A stretch of DNA of 64,000 bases from the human T2T-CHM13v2.0 reference genome, Homo sapiens. The translations under genes and the position numbers were made by a program. The DNA lies in assembly GCF_009914755.1 (NCBI RefSeq), contig NC_060938.1; one strand, 5' to 3'. The notes under the pieces are model-generated. The model was given only the letters and a program-made list of their open reading frames with translations, was not told the DNA's origin and did not search any database. Below are positions 35,352 through 54,400 of the stretch, piece after piece. Positions within the stretch are counted from its first letter, which is position 1. Every line of letters begins with the position of its first letter.

Positions 35352-37339
35352 TAGAGAGGTCAAGTGACTTGCTCAAGATACCAAAGCTAAGAATGACAAA
35401 ACAGAGCTTCAAGTCTAAGCAGACCCAACCCAGATCTCACAACAGATCCAGCTCGTTCCACCACAAAAGCAATTCCAAATCTCACTTGAATCCCAGGTTA
35501 GACCCCTTGGAATCTCTCACCAAGCTGAAGGGCTGCCCCAGAAGAGCTCATGGGAAAGGCCACGTGGAAGGAGCACCCATTTTATTGCTGCTTGTTCTGA
35601 TGCTATTTCACTATAGGACGCTGAGTAACACACCCGCCTCTCCAGGCCTCAGTTTCCTTATCTGTAAAATGAAGTTAAGAATATATTATGAAGAGTTTTG
35701 GAAGAGGCCCATGATGACCGAGGGAAAAGAAGCAGTGAGAGGTCTCAGAAGGCCTTCTAAAAGAACAGAGTTCTGTGCTCCCTGGAGAATGATGGGAAAC
35801 ACAGGAGGAATAGTGACAATACGAGATGTTAAATTACTGTAGAAATTCTTAGATCTGAGTCTGAACTCCCTCTCCAAATATTCCATTATAATCCAAGACT
35901 CTATAGTTTCTACCAAAAAGTAGGTGCCTTCAAGCAGGGAGTGATCATTTGAATCTAGTTCTCTCCTGGGAATCAGTGGTTCTAACTTGGCTGCACGTTT
36001 GGATGACCAGCGGAGCTTGTGACATGCAGATGTTCAGGTCCACCCTCGGAGATCGCTAAATGGGGTGTTGCCCGAACACTTGGGATATTAAGAGTTTCTT
36101 CATATGATTCTAATGTGCAGACAAAATGGAGAGCCACTTCCCAGAGCTTCAAGTTATTCATTTTCTGGTCTGAAGTTTAACAAAGAAAAAAAAAATAAAG
36201 AAGCAGTGATGCCCAGTAGCTCTCAAAATTTAATGTGTAAACAAATGAATCTCCTGGGCATCTTGTTAAAATGCAGCTTTCAATTCAGTGGGTCTAGGTT
36301 GGGCCTGACAACCTTCTTGGTTGTTTTGTGGTTGCCGTTTTGTTTTTTAAGGCCTTAACACTGGAGGGGATTCTGGCCTTCTAAAAAGCTCCCACAGGTG
36401 CCCACGCTGCTAACCACAGACTGTGCTTGAATAGCTAGGCTACAGCTTGAATGATTACAGACTTGAACGAGAATTATGGCTCTTCTTGCCAGCTGGGACC
36501 TTCAGAAAGAAGTTACTTCACTTCTCTGAGTCTGGGTTTTCTTGTCTATAAAATTTAGGCCAGCAATAGTAACTTTATCACAGAATTCTTGTGATGCATA
36601 AATGAGCTAATGCATTCAATTTGTTTAGCACTGTACAACAAATGTTAGCTTTTTGCTAGGATAGCCAGCATTCGCGGAATGCTTACTATGTGGCAGGAAT
36701 TTTCTAAGTGCATTCGTGTATTAATTCATTCAAGTCTCAGAACAACACGGTGAGGTAGGTACTATTATTTCATCATTTCCATTTTACAGATGAAGAAACT
36801 GAAGCGCAGAGAGGTGGAGTTCCTTGGTCTACAGTGGCACCTCATTGTAGCTAAGCTGGTGTTTGAACTCAGGGAGAATTTGGGCTCCTTACCAGGATCC
36901 CTCGCCAAGGACAGAGGTCAGTGCAACGAGTCGAGGGTTTGCCCTTTGAAATGGGCTAGGACCGGCAGGTGGCAGACTAGGGCTGCTTGAGTTCAAAGAC
37001 CGCTTCCAAGACCAAGCCCGGAGCCAGCTCTGTGCTAAGCGTTCCATCACACAACCGCGGACAGCTTCTTCGGCTTCTTCAAACTCTCCTTTCCCTCCCC
37101 CGCACCCTAGGGTCTTCGCCCAGAATCCATCAGGAAAAATAGCCCCACATAACAGGTTCAAATCTAACCTCCCCAAGACAAAACCACGTCCGCAGGGAAA
37201 GAAGCGAGTAAAGCGAGTTTTCTGTAACTCCCCTTTAACCCAGGAGCGCAACCAGCCCGGGAAATCTACAAATCTCTCTTTAGTTCAGCAAAGGGCTGGG
37301 AGCCTAAGCCAAGGGGGAGAAAGTTGGGGAATCCCTCTT

Positions 37340-37900
37340 GAATTCCCCAGAACACTTAGGTGGCGCCGGGCTTTGGTGCACGCGCGCAGGGCATGCGGAC
37401 AGGCACCGGAGAGGCTCTATTTTGGGCATTACTTCGGGAAGGCGGATCTTCTTGCAGGGTCCGCTGATAGCGGGTGGCAAATGAATATGAGGGGCAGTGC
37501 AAAGGGTGGGGGTTAACCGGGCGGTTTCCATGGCGCCCGGGGCGTGGGGGAGGAATGCATCCCGCAAGCTGTGGCGAAACAACTGCTCTGCCCGGAGGAC
37601 CGGGCTCGAGAAGGCAAGAGACACTGGGTCGGGGGTGGAGTGGTGGCGGGGGGGTTGGGGGCGGAGGAAGCCAGGCAGGACGGGGGCGGGGCGGTCACGT
37701 GTGCCCGACTGGGCGAGGCCCCAAGCTGGCCCGGGAGAGGACTCTGCGGGCGAAGTGGCTGCGCAAGGAGAGAACTTTTCCTGCACAAGGAACGCCTCGT
37801 GGGGAGACCCAAGGCAGGAGCGGTCCGGAGCCGGCTGCGGCGTGTGCGGCCGGCCTTGGGACAGCGATCGCCGCGGGTGGCAACAGAGAGCCCCAAGCAA
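37340..37900 (+). promoter_or_regulatory. FLVCR2: FLVCR2 CpG-rich promoter and start of 5'UTR
   Basis: High CpG density; overlapping GC boxes GGGGCGGGGCGG (37683-37694) and E-box GTCACGTG (37694-37701) upstream of the ATG. Confidence 0.85.
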
Positions 37901-38088
37901 AAGTGGGAGCAGGAGCTTGGAGGTGAGCACAGGAAGCCCCACTTGAGGCTTTTACGCAGCCTCTAGTCTCTGTTTCTTCTGGAATAGGCAAGTGTCCTTT
38001 CAACTCTAAGAGACCAGCAGAGGCCACTGTCCCTTAAGACTGCCGGAGTCCTCACCACTTCTCCAGGATTCCAGAGGAGACTGTGGCG

Positions 38089-38757
38089 ATGGTGAATGAA
38101 GGTCCCAACCAGGAAGAGAGCGATGACACCCCTGTGCCGGAGTCCGCACTCCAAGCGGACCCCAGCGTCTCGGTCCATCCCAGCGTCTCGGTCCATCCCA
38201 GCGTCTCCATCAACCCCAGCGTCTCTGTCCACCCCAGCAGTTCGGCCCACCCCAGTGCCTTAGCCCAACCCAGTGGCTTGGCTCACCCCAGTAGCTCGGG
38301 CCCTGAGGACCTCAGCGTGATCAAGGTGAGCAGGCGCCGTTGGGCCGTGGTCCTGGTGTTTAGCTGCTACTCCATGTGCAACTCCTTTCAGTGGATCCAG
38401 TACGGCTCCATCAATAACATCTTCATGCACTTCTACGGTGTCAGTGCCTTTGCCATTGACTGGCTGTCCATGTGCTACATGCTGACTTACATCCCTCTGC
38501 TCCTGCCAGTGGCTTGGCTGCTGGAGAAGTTCGGCCTGCGCACCATTGCTCTCACTGGCTCGGCTCTCAACTGCCTGGGGGCCTGGGTGAAGCTGGGCAG
38601 CCTGAAGCCGCATCTCTTTCCGGTCACCGTGGTGGGCCAGCTCATCTGCTCTGTGGCCCAGGTTTTCATCCTGGGCATGCCCTCCCGCATCGCTTCCGTC
38701 TGGTTCGGGGCTAATGAGGTTTCAACAGCCTGCTCCGTGGCTGTCTTTGGCAATCAG
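38089..38757 (+). CDS. FLVCR2: FLVCR2 (MFSD7C/SLC49A2) MFS transporter, coding part of exon 1 (aa 1-223)
   Basis: ATG in good context (gcgATGg). [31 protein letters not shown]...[23 protein letters not shown]...VFGNQ ends at donor CAG|GTAGGT; 669 nt, phase 0; hydrophobic MFS helices. Confidence 0.97.
38161..38304 (+). repeat. FLVCR2: Coding minisatellite, 8 x 18 bp (PSVSVH-type hexapeptides)
   Basis: All units start cccag; the first two are identical (cccagcgtctcggtccat). Confidence 0.95.
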
Positions 38758-39613
38758 GTAGGTAGAACAGTTTGTGAATGTTCCCAGGGGCGTGTGTTAG
38801 ATTGCACCTAACTATTGGGTGTGGTAGGCTATAATTTGCTGATTGTCCAACAGTGTTTGTGACTCTGGGTGACAGTAACTGGGTGTGACAGGCAGTGATT
38901 GTGATGCTGTAAGAGAGGCGGGAAACAAAAGCAGGGGGACCTGCTCTTTCATCCACAGTTGCTCTTGCCCCAGCCAAAAGCATGCTTCTAGAACATACTA
39001 TACCTTCGCTGTGTCGTTCTCGAACCTGTGTCAGTCCACCAACTTAGACCTGTAATTTCAGGAATGCTCTTCTGTCTGGCAGCAGCCCCTGGGCATCAGA
39101 CTATTCTGGTGTCATCAGAACTTGGCAGTGCTTTCAGTTGGACCAACCAGCTTTCCTAGAGTGCAGTATCTCCTCTACTGCATAGAATTGCAAAGCCATG
39201 CCTGGTGGTGTTTGGCACTGCTTTTACCTTGTTTTACACACAGCTGAAGCCAGGACAGTGGGAGCAGTGCTTTGTGCCAAACTCCTTGCCTGGGATTTAG
39301 AGCCAAGTCCAGCAGGATGGAGTAGAAATCTCACTCTGAGTTTCCATGGCCTAGAAAGGGTAGTTCATGTCTTAATCTTTTTCTCTTTCTTTCTTATTGG
39401 AAGGAGAAGCTCAAATTCTTTGCATCTCAATGTGGTTATGATCCAGAAAGCTGGGCAGGTTGTGAACCTGAATGCCGTCTCCAAATACTCGAAGCAAATA
39501 TTTATGGGAATATTTAAAGCAAACGTCCTTTAGCCAGACCACTGCCTCCCAGTCTCGCATCTTTCCAAGCACGTACAGTCCTGGCTGTGTGTTTAACAAA
39601 GGATTGGTAATCC

Positions 39614-40044
39614 TGTCTCACACGTCCATGTGAAGAGACCACCAAACAGGCTTTGTGTGAGCAACAAGGCTGTTTATTTCACCTGGGTGTAAGCAGGCTG
39701 AGTCTGAAAAAGGAGTCAGCAAAGGGTGGTGGATTATCATCAGTTCTTATAGGTTTTGGGATAGGTGGTGGAGTTAGGAGCAATGTTTTTCAGACAGGGT
39801 GGATCTCAAAGTACATTCTCAAGGGTGGGGAGAATTACAAAGAGCCTTCTTAAGGGTGGGGGAAATTACAAAGTACATTGATCAATTAGGGTGGGGCGAA
39901 ACAAATCACAATGGTGGAATGAAATCAGTTAAGGCTATTTTCACTTTTTTTGTGGATCTTCAGTTGCTTCAGGCAATCTGGATTGCCTGAAGCATGCAGG
40001 TCACAGGGGATAGGATGGCTTAGCTTGGGCTCAGAGGCCTGACA
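39614..40044 (-). mobile_element. HERV-H 3' LTR (LTR7B/type II-like)
   Basis: Minus strand begins TGTCAGGCCTCTGAGCCCAAGCTAAGCC; TATAAG at 39746-39751 and AATAAA at 39673-39678 on the minus strand. Confidence 0.9.
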
Positions 40045-40596
40045 TTCCTGTCTTCTTATATTAATAAGAAAAGCAAAACAAAATAGTGAAGTGTTGGAGC
40101 AGCGAAAAATTTTGGGGGTGGTATGGAGAGATAATGGGAGATGTTTCTCAGGACTGCTTCGAGCGGGATTAGGGGCAGCGTGGGAACCTACAGTGGGAGA
40201 GACTCAGCTGAAGAACGGTTTTGGGGTAAGGGGTGATACTGTGGGGTTGTTAGAAGAAACATTGGTCGTATAGAATGATTGGTGATGGCCTGGATGCGGT
40301 TTTGTATGAATTGAGAAACTAAACGGAAGACACAAGGTCTGAAAAAGAGAAGGAGAAAAACAGGTATTAAAGGACTAAGAATTGGGAGGACCTAGGACAT
40401 CTAATTAGAGAGTGTCCAAAGGGGTCCAAGGGGATTTAGCATAATTACTTGTTTGTTTGGTGAGTTTTTGGGCTCTATTCTTGACAGAGTCCTCTTTTTT
40501 AAGTTTGAAGCTGAGCTTGGTGAGGTGTGTTTTTAAAAGACCGTTAGTCCATTCTACCTTTCTTGAAGATTGAGGACGGTAAGGGGTATGAAGGTT

Positions 40597-42485
40597 TTAC
40601 TGAATACCAAGAGCCTGAGAAACTGCTTGGGTGATTCCACTAGTAAAGGCTGGTCCGTTATTGGACTGTATAGAGGTGGGAAGGCCAAACTGAGGAATTA
40701 TGTCTGACAGAAGGGAAGAAATGACCGCAGTGGCCTTCTCAGACCCTGTGGGAAAGGCCTCTACCCATCCAGTGAAAGTGTCTACCCAGACCAAGAGGTA
40801 TTTTAGTTTCCTGACTCGGGGCATGTGAGTAAAGTCAATTTGCCAGTCCTGGGCGGGGGCAAATCCCCAAGCTTGATATGTAGGGAAGGGAGGGGGCCTG
40901 AACAATCCCTGAGGAGTAGTAGAATAGCAAATGGAACACTGAGAAGTGATTTCCTTTAGGATAGATTTCCATGATGGAAAGGAAATGAGAGGTTCTAAGA
41001 GGCGGGAACCCACATGGAAGAGGTTATGAAATGACAACAGAATAGAATGGGCCTGTGAGGCTGAAAGGAGATATTTTCCTTGGTCCAAGAACCGTTTGCC
41101 TTGTGTGGGAAGAGATTGGTAGGTTGAAGTTTCAGTGGGAGAGTAGGTGGGAGTGACCGATGAGAAGGAGAAAAACTGGCCGTGAGGGACAGAAGTTGTA
41201 ATGCTAGCTGCTTCTTTAGCTACCATATCAGCATAAGCATTGCCCTGAGTGATGAGATCTGATGCCTTTTGATGGCCCTTGCAGTGTATGACTCCAGCTT
41301 CCTTTGGAAGTAAAGCAGCCTTGAGAAGAGTTTTTATTAAGGAGGCATTAATGATGGAGGACCCTTGCATAGTGAGGAAACCTCTTTCAGCCCATATAAC
41401 AGCATGGTGGTGTAGGATATGGAAGGCCTATTTAGAGTCAGTATAAATATTGACATGTAGTCCCTTCGCAAGAGTGAGGGCTCGAGTTAAGGCAATGAGT
41501 TTGGCTTGCTGAGAGGTAGTGGAGGGGGGCAGAAAGTATATGCATCAGGTGTGAGGAAGAAAATAGATTTTGGAAGTTATGAGAACTGTAGAGAGTGAGT
41601 TGAGCATAGTTTGTGATTTTGAGGGCCTCTAAAAGTATTAGGGCAGTGGCGGCTGCCACACGGAGACATGATGGCCAGCCTAAAACAGTAAGGTCAAGTT
41701 GTTTGGACAGAAAGGCTACAGGGTGTGGTCCCGGCTGTTGTGTAAGAATTTTGATGGCACAGCCCTGTACTTTGGCTGTGTGTTATGAAAAGGGTTGGGA
41801 TGAGTTAGGGAGATCTTGTGTGGGGGCAGCTTCTAGGGCTGTTTTTAAGGAACGGAAAGAGGAGTGGCGAAAGGATTTAGGATCTATGGGGTCAGCTAGG
41901 TTTGCTTTTGTGAGTTTATAAAATGGTTTAGTCAGGATGGTAAAACTAGGTATCCAAAGGCGGAAGTACCTAACCATGCCTAGGAAGGAAAGAAGTTGTT
42001 TTGTAGAAGGTGTTGGGGTTTGGGAGATTAGCTGGACACGATCAGCAGGGAGAGCACATTGTTTTCATTAAGAATTATGCCAAGATAGGTAACAGATGAA
42101 GACGAAGTTTGGGCTTGACTGAAGTAATGGGCGCTGTCCTTGAAGCCTTGTGGCAGTACAGCCCAGATAAGTTGCTGAGGCTGATGGGCATCAGGGTCAG
42201 TCCAAGTGAAAGCGAAGAGAGGCTGGGATGAAGGGTGCAAAGGAATAGTAAAGAAAGCATGTTTGAGATCCAGAACAGAATAATCGGTTATGGAGGGGTT
42301 GTGGAGGGAGGCATTGAGGATAGGAGAGTATATGGCTTTGGCACCACGGACTGGATAGACAAGACAATTTGGTTGATAAGGCGCAGATCCTGAACCAACC
42401 TGGAAGGCTTGTCCGGTTTTTGGACAGGTGAAATGGCGGAATTGTAGGGAGAGTTTATAGGCTTTAAAAGGCCATGCTGTAACAA
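40597..42485 (-). pseudogene. HERV-H pol remnants (RT, RNase H, integrase), frameshifted and deleted
   Basis: RLVQDLRLIN, FAFTW, VLPQGFKDS; IHCKGHQK; CSIC and WQIDFTHMP...VDTFTGWVEAFP; the second integrase Asp reads N (QSNNG); no YxDD seen. Confidence 0.9.
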
Positions 42486-42744
42486 GCGAGTGATAACAGG
42501 CTTTAATCCTTTTAAAGCATGCTGTGGGATGGGATATTGGTGTTGAGTGGGGTAAGAGTGATTAGATTTTAATGGGATAGTAATGGGCTCGTGATCGGTT
42601 GCCAGGGAGAAAGTAGAGGTATCCCATACTTGTGGGTTAAGGTGGGGGGATACGAGAGGAAGACGCGAAGGAGGCTTTGAACTGGGGAAAAGGGCAGGAA
42701 TGAGGTGTGGCTGTAGCCTAGGAATAGTCAGGGAAGCATATAAT

Positions 42745-42984
42745 TTAGTTAAAATGCCTCGGACCTAATAAGGGAACTGGGCAGGTGGGGATAACTAAAA
42801 AGGAGTGCATAAAGGAATGTTGTCCAAGTTGGCACCAGAGCTGGGGAGTTTTAAGAGGTTTAGAAGCCTGGCCGTCAATACCCACAACAGTTATGGAGGC
42901 AAGGGAAACAGGCCCTTGAAAAGAAGGTAATGTGGAATTGGTAGCCTCCATATTGATTAAGAAGGGGATGGACTTGCCCTCCAC
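42745..42984 (-). pseudogene. HERV-H protease remnant
   Basis: FLINMEAT (degenerate DTG site), VVGIDG, CPVPLLG. Confidence 0.8.
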
Positions 42985-43050
42985 TGTAAGAGTTACCTGA
43001 AGCTCAGTGTCTGTGACGGTCCAGGGGGCTTCCGAGGCGATTGGGCAGCG

Positions 43051-44560
43051 TCAGTCTTCAGCTGCTAAGCCGAGGAGATCTGGGAAGGAGTTGGCCAAGG
43101 AACATTGGGTTTGGGCTCCAGGGGCTTTAGGAGTGGCCGCGATGTGAGTCGGACAGTCCGACCTCCACTGGGGGCCCGCACAGATGGCACGGCTTAGGAG
43201 GAATCCCGGGCTGCGGGCATTCTGAGGCCCAGTGGCCAGGCTTCTGGCATTCGAAGCAAGGTCCACAAGGATGTTTTGAAGGTGCCCCTGGGAGCTGTGG
43301 CTTGGATGTTCTGAAGGTTTTGTATGCTGGAGACGTGGTTGTGGGCTGTCTTACAGCAGAGGCAAGTAGCTGTAACTCAGAAATGTGTTACTGTCTGGCT
43401 ACCTCCTATTATTGTACACCTTGAAGGCGAGGTTGATTAATTCCTGTTGTGGGGTTTGAGGGCCGGATTCCAATTTTTGAAGCTTTTTTCTAACATCAGG
43501 AGCTGACTGGGTGATAAAATGCATATTGAGAATAAGGCGGCCTTCCGGCCCCTCTGGGTCTAGGGCGGTAAAGCGTCTAAGGGTTGCTGCCAAGCGGGCC
43601 ATGAACTGGGCTGGGTTTTCGTCTTTACCTCGGGTAGTTTCTCTAAGTTTGTCATAATTAACAGCTTCGTAAGCTGCCTTTTTAAGCCCTTCAACTAGGC
43701 AGGAAACCATGTAATCTCACCTATCTATACCTGGGGAATCTGCCTGAAAGTTCCACTGGGGGTCCTCTTGGGGAACTGCTCTAATGCTTCCTGGAGGTCT
43801 GGCTCGTGAAGCCGGCAGTTATCAGCGTGAGATTGGGCTAGAGAAAAAACTCTTTCCCGTTCATCTGGGGAGAGGGTAGAAGTCAGGATGACATTTAAGT
43901 CACTCCAGGTTAAATTATAGGACAGAGTTAGATATTTGAATTCCTGTATATATTTAGTAGGGTCTGACAAGAAAGAGCCTAAATGCTGGCTGATTTGGGA
44001 AAGGTCTGATAGGCACATGTACCCTGACTATGCCTTTAGCTCCAGCCACCTCTTTAAGAGGAAATTGTTGGGCAGGTGGGGGAGGGCTAGTCGCTGAACG
44101 AAAACTGTAAACCAGACAGTGTGTGAGGAGGGGAGGTGATAGAAAGATTATAGGGTGGGGGAGCAGAGGCTGAGGAGAAATTGGGGCCTGGCTCAGCCTG
44201 GCGAGGAGCAGCCTGGGGAGAAGGGGAGAGATCAGATGAGTCTGTAGAAAAGGAGAATTCAAAAGACTCAGAGCTTGGGGTGAGACTGAAGGAACAGACA
44301 GGAGAGAAAGAAGAAAGATGTGGGATGAGTCGCATGGGAGCAGAGACTAGGGAGGGACTAATGTGTAAAAGAATGCCTGGATGTCAGGCACCTCAGACCA
44401 TTTGCCCATTTTTCGACAAAAATTATCTAGATCTTGTAGGATGGACAGATCGAAAGTGCCATTCTCTGGTCACTTGAAACTACTGTCAAGTTTGTATTGG
44501 GGCCAAGCGGGATTGCAGAAGAAAATAAGGCTAACTTTTAGGTCAGGTGTGAGTTGAAGA
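43051..44560 (-). pseudogene. HERV-H gag remnants
   Basis: MHR-like RGKDENPAQFMARL; zinc knuckle CFECQKPGHWASEC near 43260; broken frames. Confidence 0.85.
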
Positions 44561-45187
44561 GGTTTTAAGTTCTTGAGAACACAGGCTAAGGGAGAAGAAG
44601 GAGGAATGGAGGGTGGAAGGTTGCCCATAGTGAAGGAGGCAAGTTTAAAGAGAAGGGTAGAGACACAGAGAAGGGGGTGGGGAGCAGCCCTGGGCTGTAA
44701 TGTGGGTGAGCAGCCAAAGCAGGTGTCCCCGCAATTGACTTGCCACCAAGGGAATGTGGGTGAATGACCAAGGCAGGCGTCCCCGCGGTGGTCAGACACC
44801 AATGGAGTGTGGGTGAATTATCAGGCAGGCGTCCCCGCAATGATTAAACACCAAGGGAAGGCTGCCTTCCCGAGTCCATGACCGGTGCCGGAGTTTTGGG
44901 TCCACGGATAAAATGTGCCTCCTTTATCTCTACTAGAGAGGAAAAAGAACTGGAATTGGAAGGACAGGGAGATTGATGGGTAGCAAGAGAGGAAGATTGA
45001 AGGGTAGCAAGAGAGGCTGGAGAAGAGAGTGAAAAGACCGCTTACCCGATTGAAATTGGTGAGATGTTCCTTGGGCTGGTTGGTCTGAGGACCCGAGGTC
45101 GTAGGTGGATCTCTTCACAGAGTGAGGGTGAGGACAGGGGACTGGTCTCCTAAAGAAGTCCCTCTGACCTGGGTCTTCGGCACTAAA

Positions 45188-45614
45188 TGTCTCACGCATC
45201 CACGTGAAGAGACCACCAAACAGGCTTTGTGTGAGCAACAAGGCTGCTTATTTCACCTGGGTGCAGGCAGGCTGAATCCGAAAAAGGAGTCAGCAAAGGG
45301 CGGGAATTATCATTAATTCTTACAGGTTTTGGGATAGGCGGTGGGTTAGGAGCAATGTTTTGCAGACAGTGGGTGGATCTCACAAAGTACATTCTCAAGG
45401 GTGGGGAGAATTACAAAGAACCTTCTTAAGGGTGGGGGAGATTACAAAGTACATTGATCAGTTAGGGTGGGGCAGAAACAAATCACAATGATGGAATGTC
45501 ATCAGTTAAGGCTATTTTCACTTTTGTGGATCTTCAGTTGCTTCAGGCGATCTGGATGTATACGTGCAAGTCAGAGGGGATATGATGGCTTAGCTTGGGC
45601 TCAGAGGCCTGACA
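45188..45614 (-). mobile_element. HERV-H 5' LTR (LTR7B/type II-like)
   Basis: Direct homologue of 39614-40044; about 26 substitutions plus several indels by hand count. Confidence 0.9.
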
Positions 45615-47117
45615 AATCCCAGTTCTTCTCATTGGACTATTTTCTCCTATCTATTAATTTCATTTAGAAAATGTAACCTTTAATTTAGAAATTTTTCATT
45701 TAAAACAGAAACTTTACAAAACTTCTCTAAAGGCAAATTTCCCTTCTGTTCATCTTTACTACCAGGAAGGTAATCACCTTACTTTGACCCTGACCACACA
45801 GATCACCATAACGCTTGTACTCCGGTAATTCTGACCTCTCTGTTCAAATGCTTCTTACATACTCCACGGGAGCATTACCTTCTGCTTGCATTAAAATCCA
45901 ACATTCTTCCTTTCGACAAGCATTTATCTAGTTTTTGCAAGACAGTGTGCTAGGGCTGCAAAGATAATCTTTGCCTTCGAAGACATACTATACCAGGTTT
46001 TAAAAAATTGTGCCAGGAGCCAAGATTCAGATTGTATTAAAAAACAAACAAACACACAACAACTGAACAGATCATAGCATAGAGGATTTGTTTTCAGCTA
46101 GAGGATTTATTTTCAGTTCTCCATGGGGTTTTTAGCATTTTCTTTACCTAATTGCTATGGGAAAGGCTGAAGAAGGTAAAGGAAGCTAATATCTATTAAA
46201 TACCCACTATTATGCAAGGTACTTTTTCATCCATTATTTAACTTAATCCTTTCAACAACTCTGTGAGGTTGGTGAAATTGTCCCCATTGTTGCAGGAGAG
46301 GGAACTGTGATCCAGATAAATCTTGCAACTTTATCCAGAGTCCTATAACTACTGAGTAGTAAAAGAGAAATTTAAACCCAGTTCTACCTTCAAAGCCACT
46401 CTCAGTAGGCCAGTATTACTTGTGCATCAAGCATACATGTAAAAAAAAAAGAAAAGGCAGATTCTGAGGATTTAATTTTTCCCCCCGTCTCCAGGGTTAT
46501 TGGTGATAGTTTCCAGCAGTTTTGTTTAGAGTTTGAGGGCCTAACACTTGTCTTCTTTTTTGAAGTTGCTGCTAGAGGGCTGATTCTGCCTCTTCTAACC
46601 TAGCATGGTCATTGTATTGTCAAGAAGGTGAGGGTGGAGTCTTTAGCAGGAAGAAACCAGTGAATCCAGAGCTGGGATGAGGGAGGGAAGATGAGCCTGG
46701 AGAATACAACTGAGGCCCTTCCCTTTTCTTGGTATGCTCTGACCAGTTGCCCCCAGGTAGTAACAGCCTGGAATTTTTAGCAACACTTGTAGCATTGTTT
46801 CAAGGGGAAATGAGCTGTGTGGGGTTTTAAGTGATATGCACACATTGTTACTGTGCAAGGGTCAAAAGAAAACCTTGTTTCCTTGGTAGTACTGGATGAG
46901 ATAGATGCAAGATCTAAAAAAGATATTCGAGGCTGGTCCTAACCCAGGTGAGAGTCCTATAGGATGGAGGTTTGTGAGGGGACTTCGCCAGGACCTTTGG
47001 GTAGCTCATAGCACAGTGCAATCTAGAAATAGAATAGGAAAGAATCAGTTTGCTTTTAGAAGTGAATACAGTCACTTTACAGAACCAGTCTTATAGAAAC
47101 CACAGCTGTCTGTCTAA

Positions 47118-54400
<7,283 letters not shown>

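Larger units (their letters stand above)
39614..45614 (-). mobile_element. HERV-H provirus, internally deleted (env largely absent), antisense in FLVCR2 intron 1
   Basis: Two LTRs with TG...CA ends, 5-bp TSD AATCC (39609-39613, 45615-45619), PPT at 40045-40057, PBS at 45168-45185, gag-pro-pol remnants. Confidence 0.95.

Noticed and set aside
37304-37966. Overlapping 110-212 aa ORFs on both strands
   Set aside because: Expected from stop-codon scarcity in GC-rich promoter DNA; no recognisable domain.
37963-38250. Antisense ORF with DRDAGM repeats
   Set aside because: Reverse-strand reading of the FLVCR2 18-bp coding repeat.
38083-38811. 242-aa ORF as a complete protein
   Set aside because: Starts at a GTG two codons early and reads through the exon 1 donor; the real exon CDS is 38089-38757.
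39800-39900. Short spaced repeats in HERV-H U3 and leader (also about 44700-44840) resembling an array
   Set aside because: Known LTR7 U3 and leader tandem repeats; no CRISPR-like repeat-spacer structure in this eukaryotic DNA.
40597-41370. 257-aa RNase H/integrase ORF as a domesticated gene
   Set aside because: Second catalytic Asp is replaced and the frame stops before the catalytic Glu region; typical HERV-H decay.
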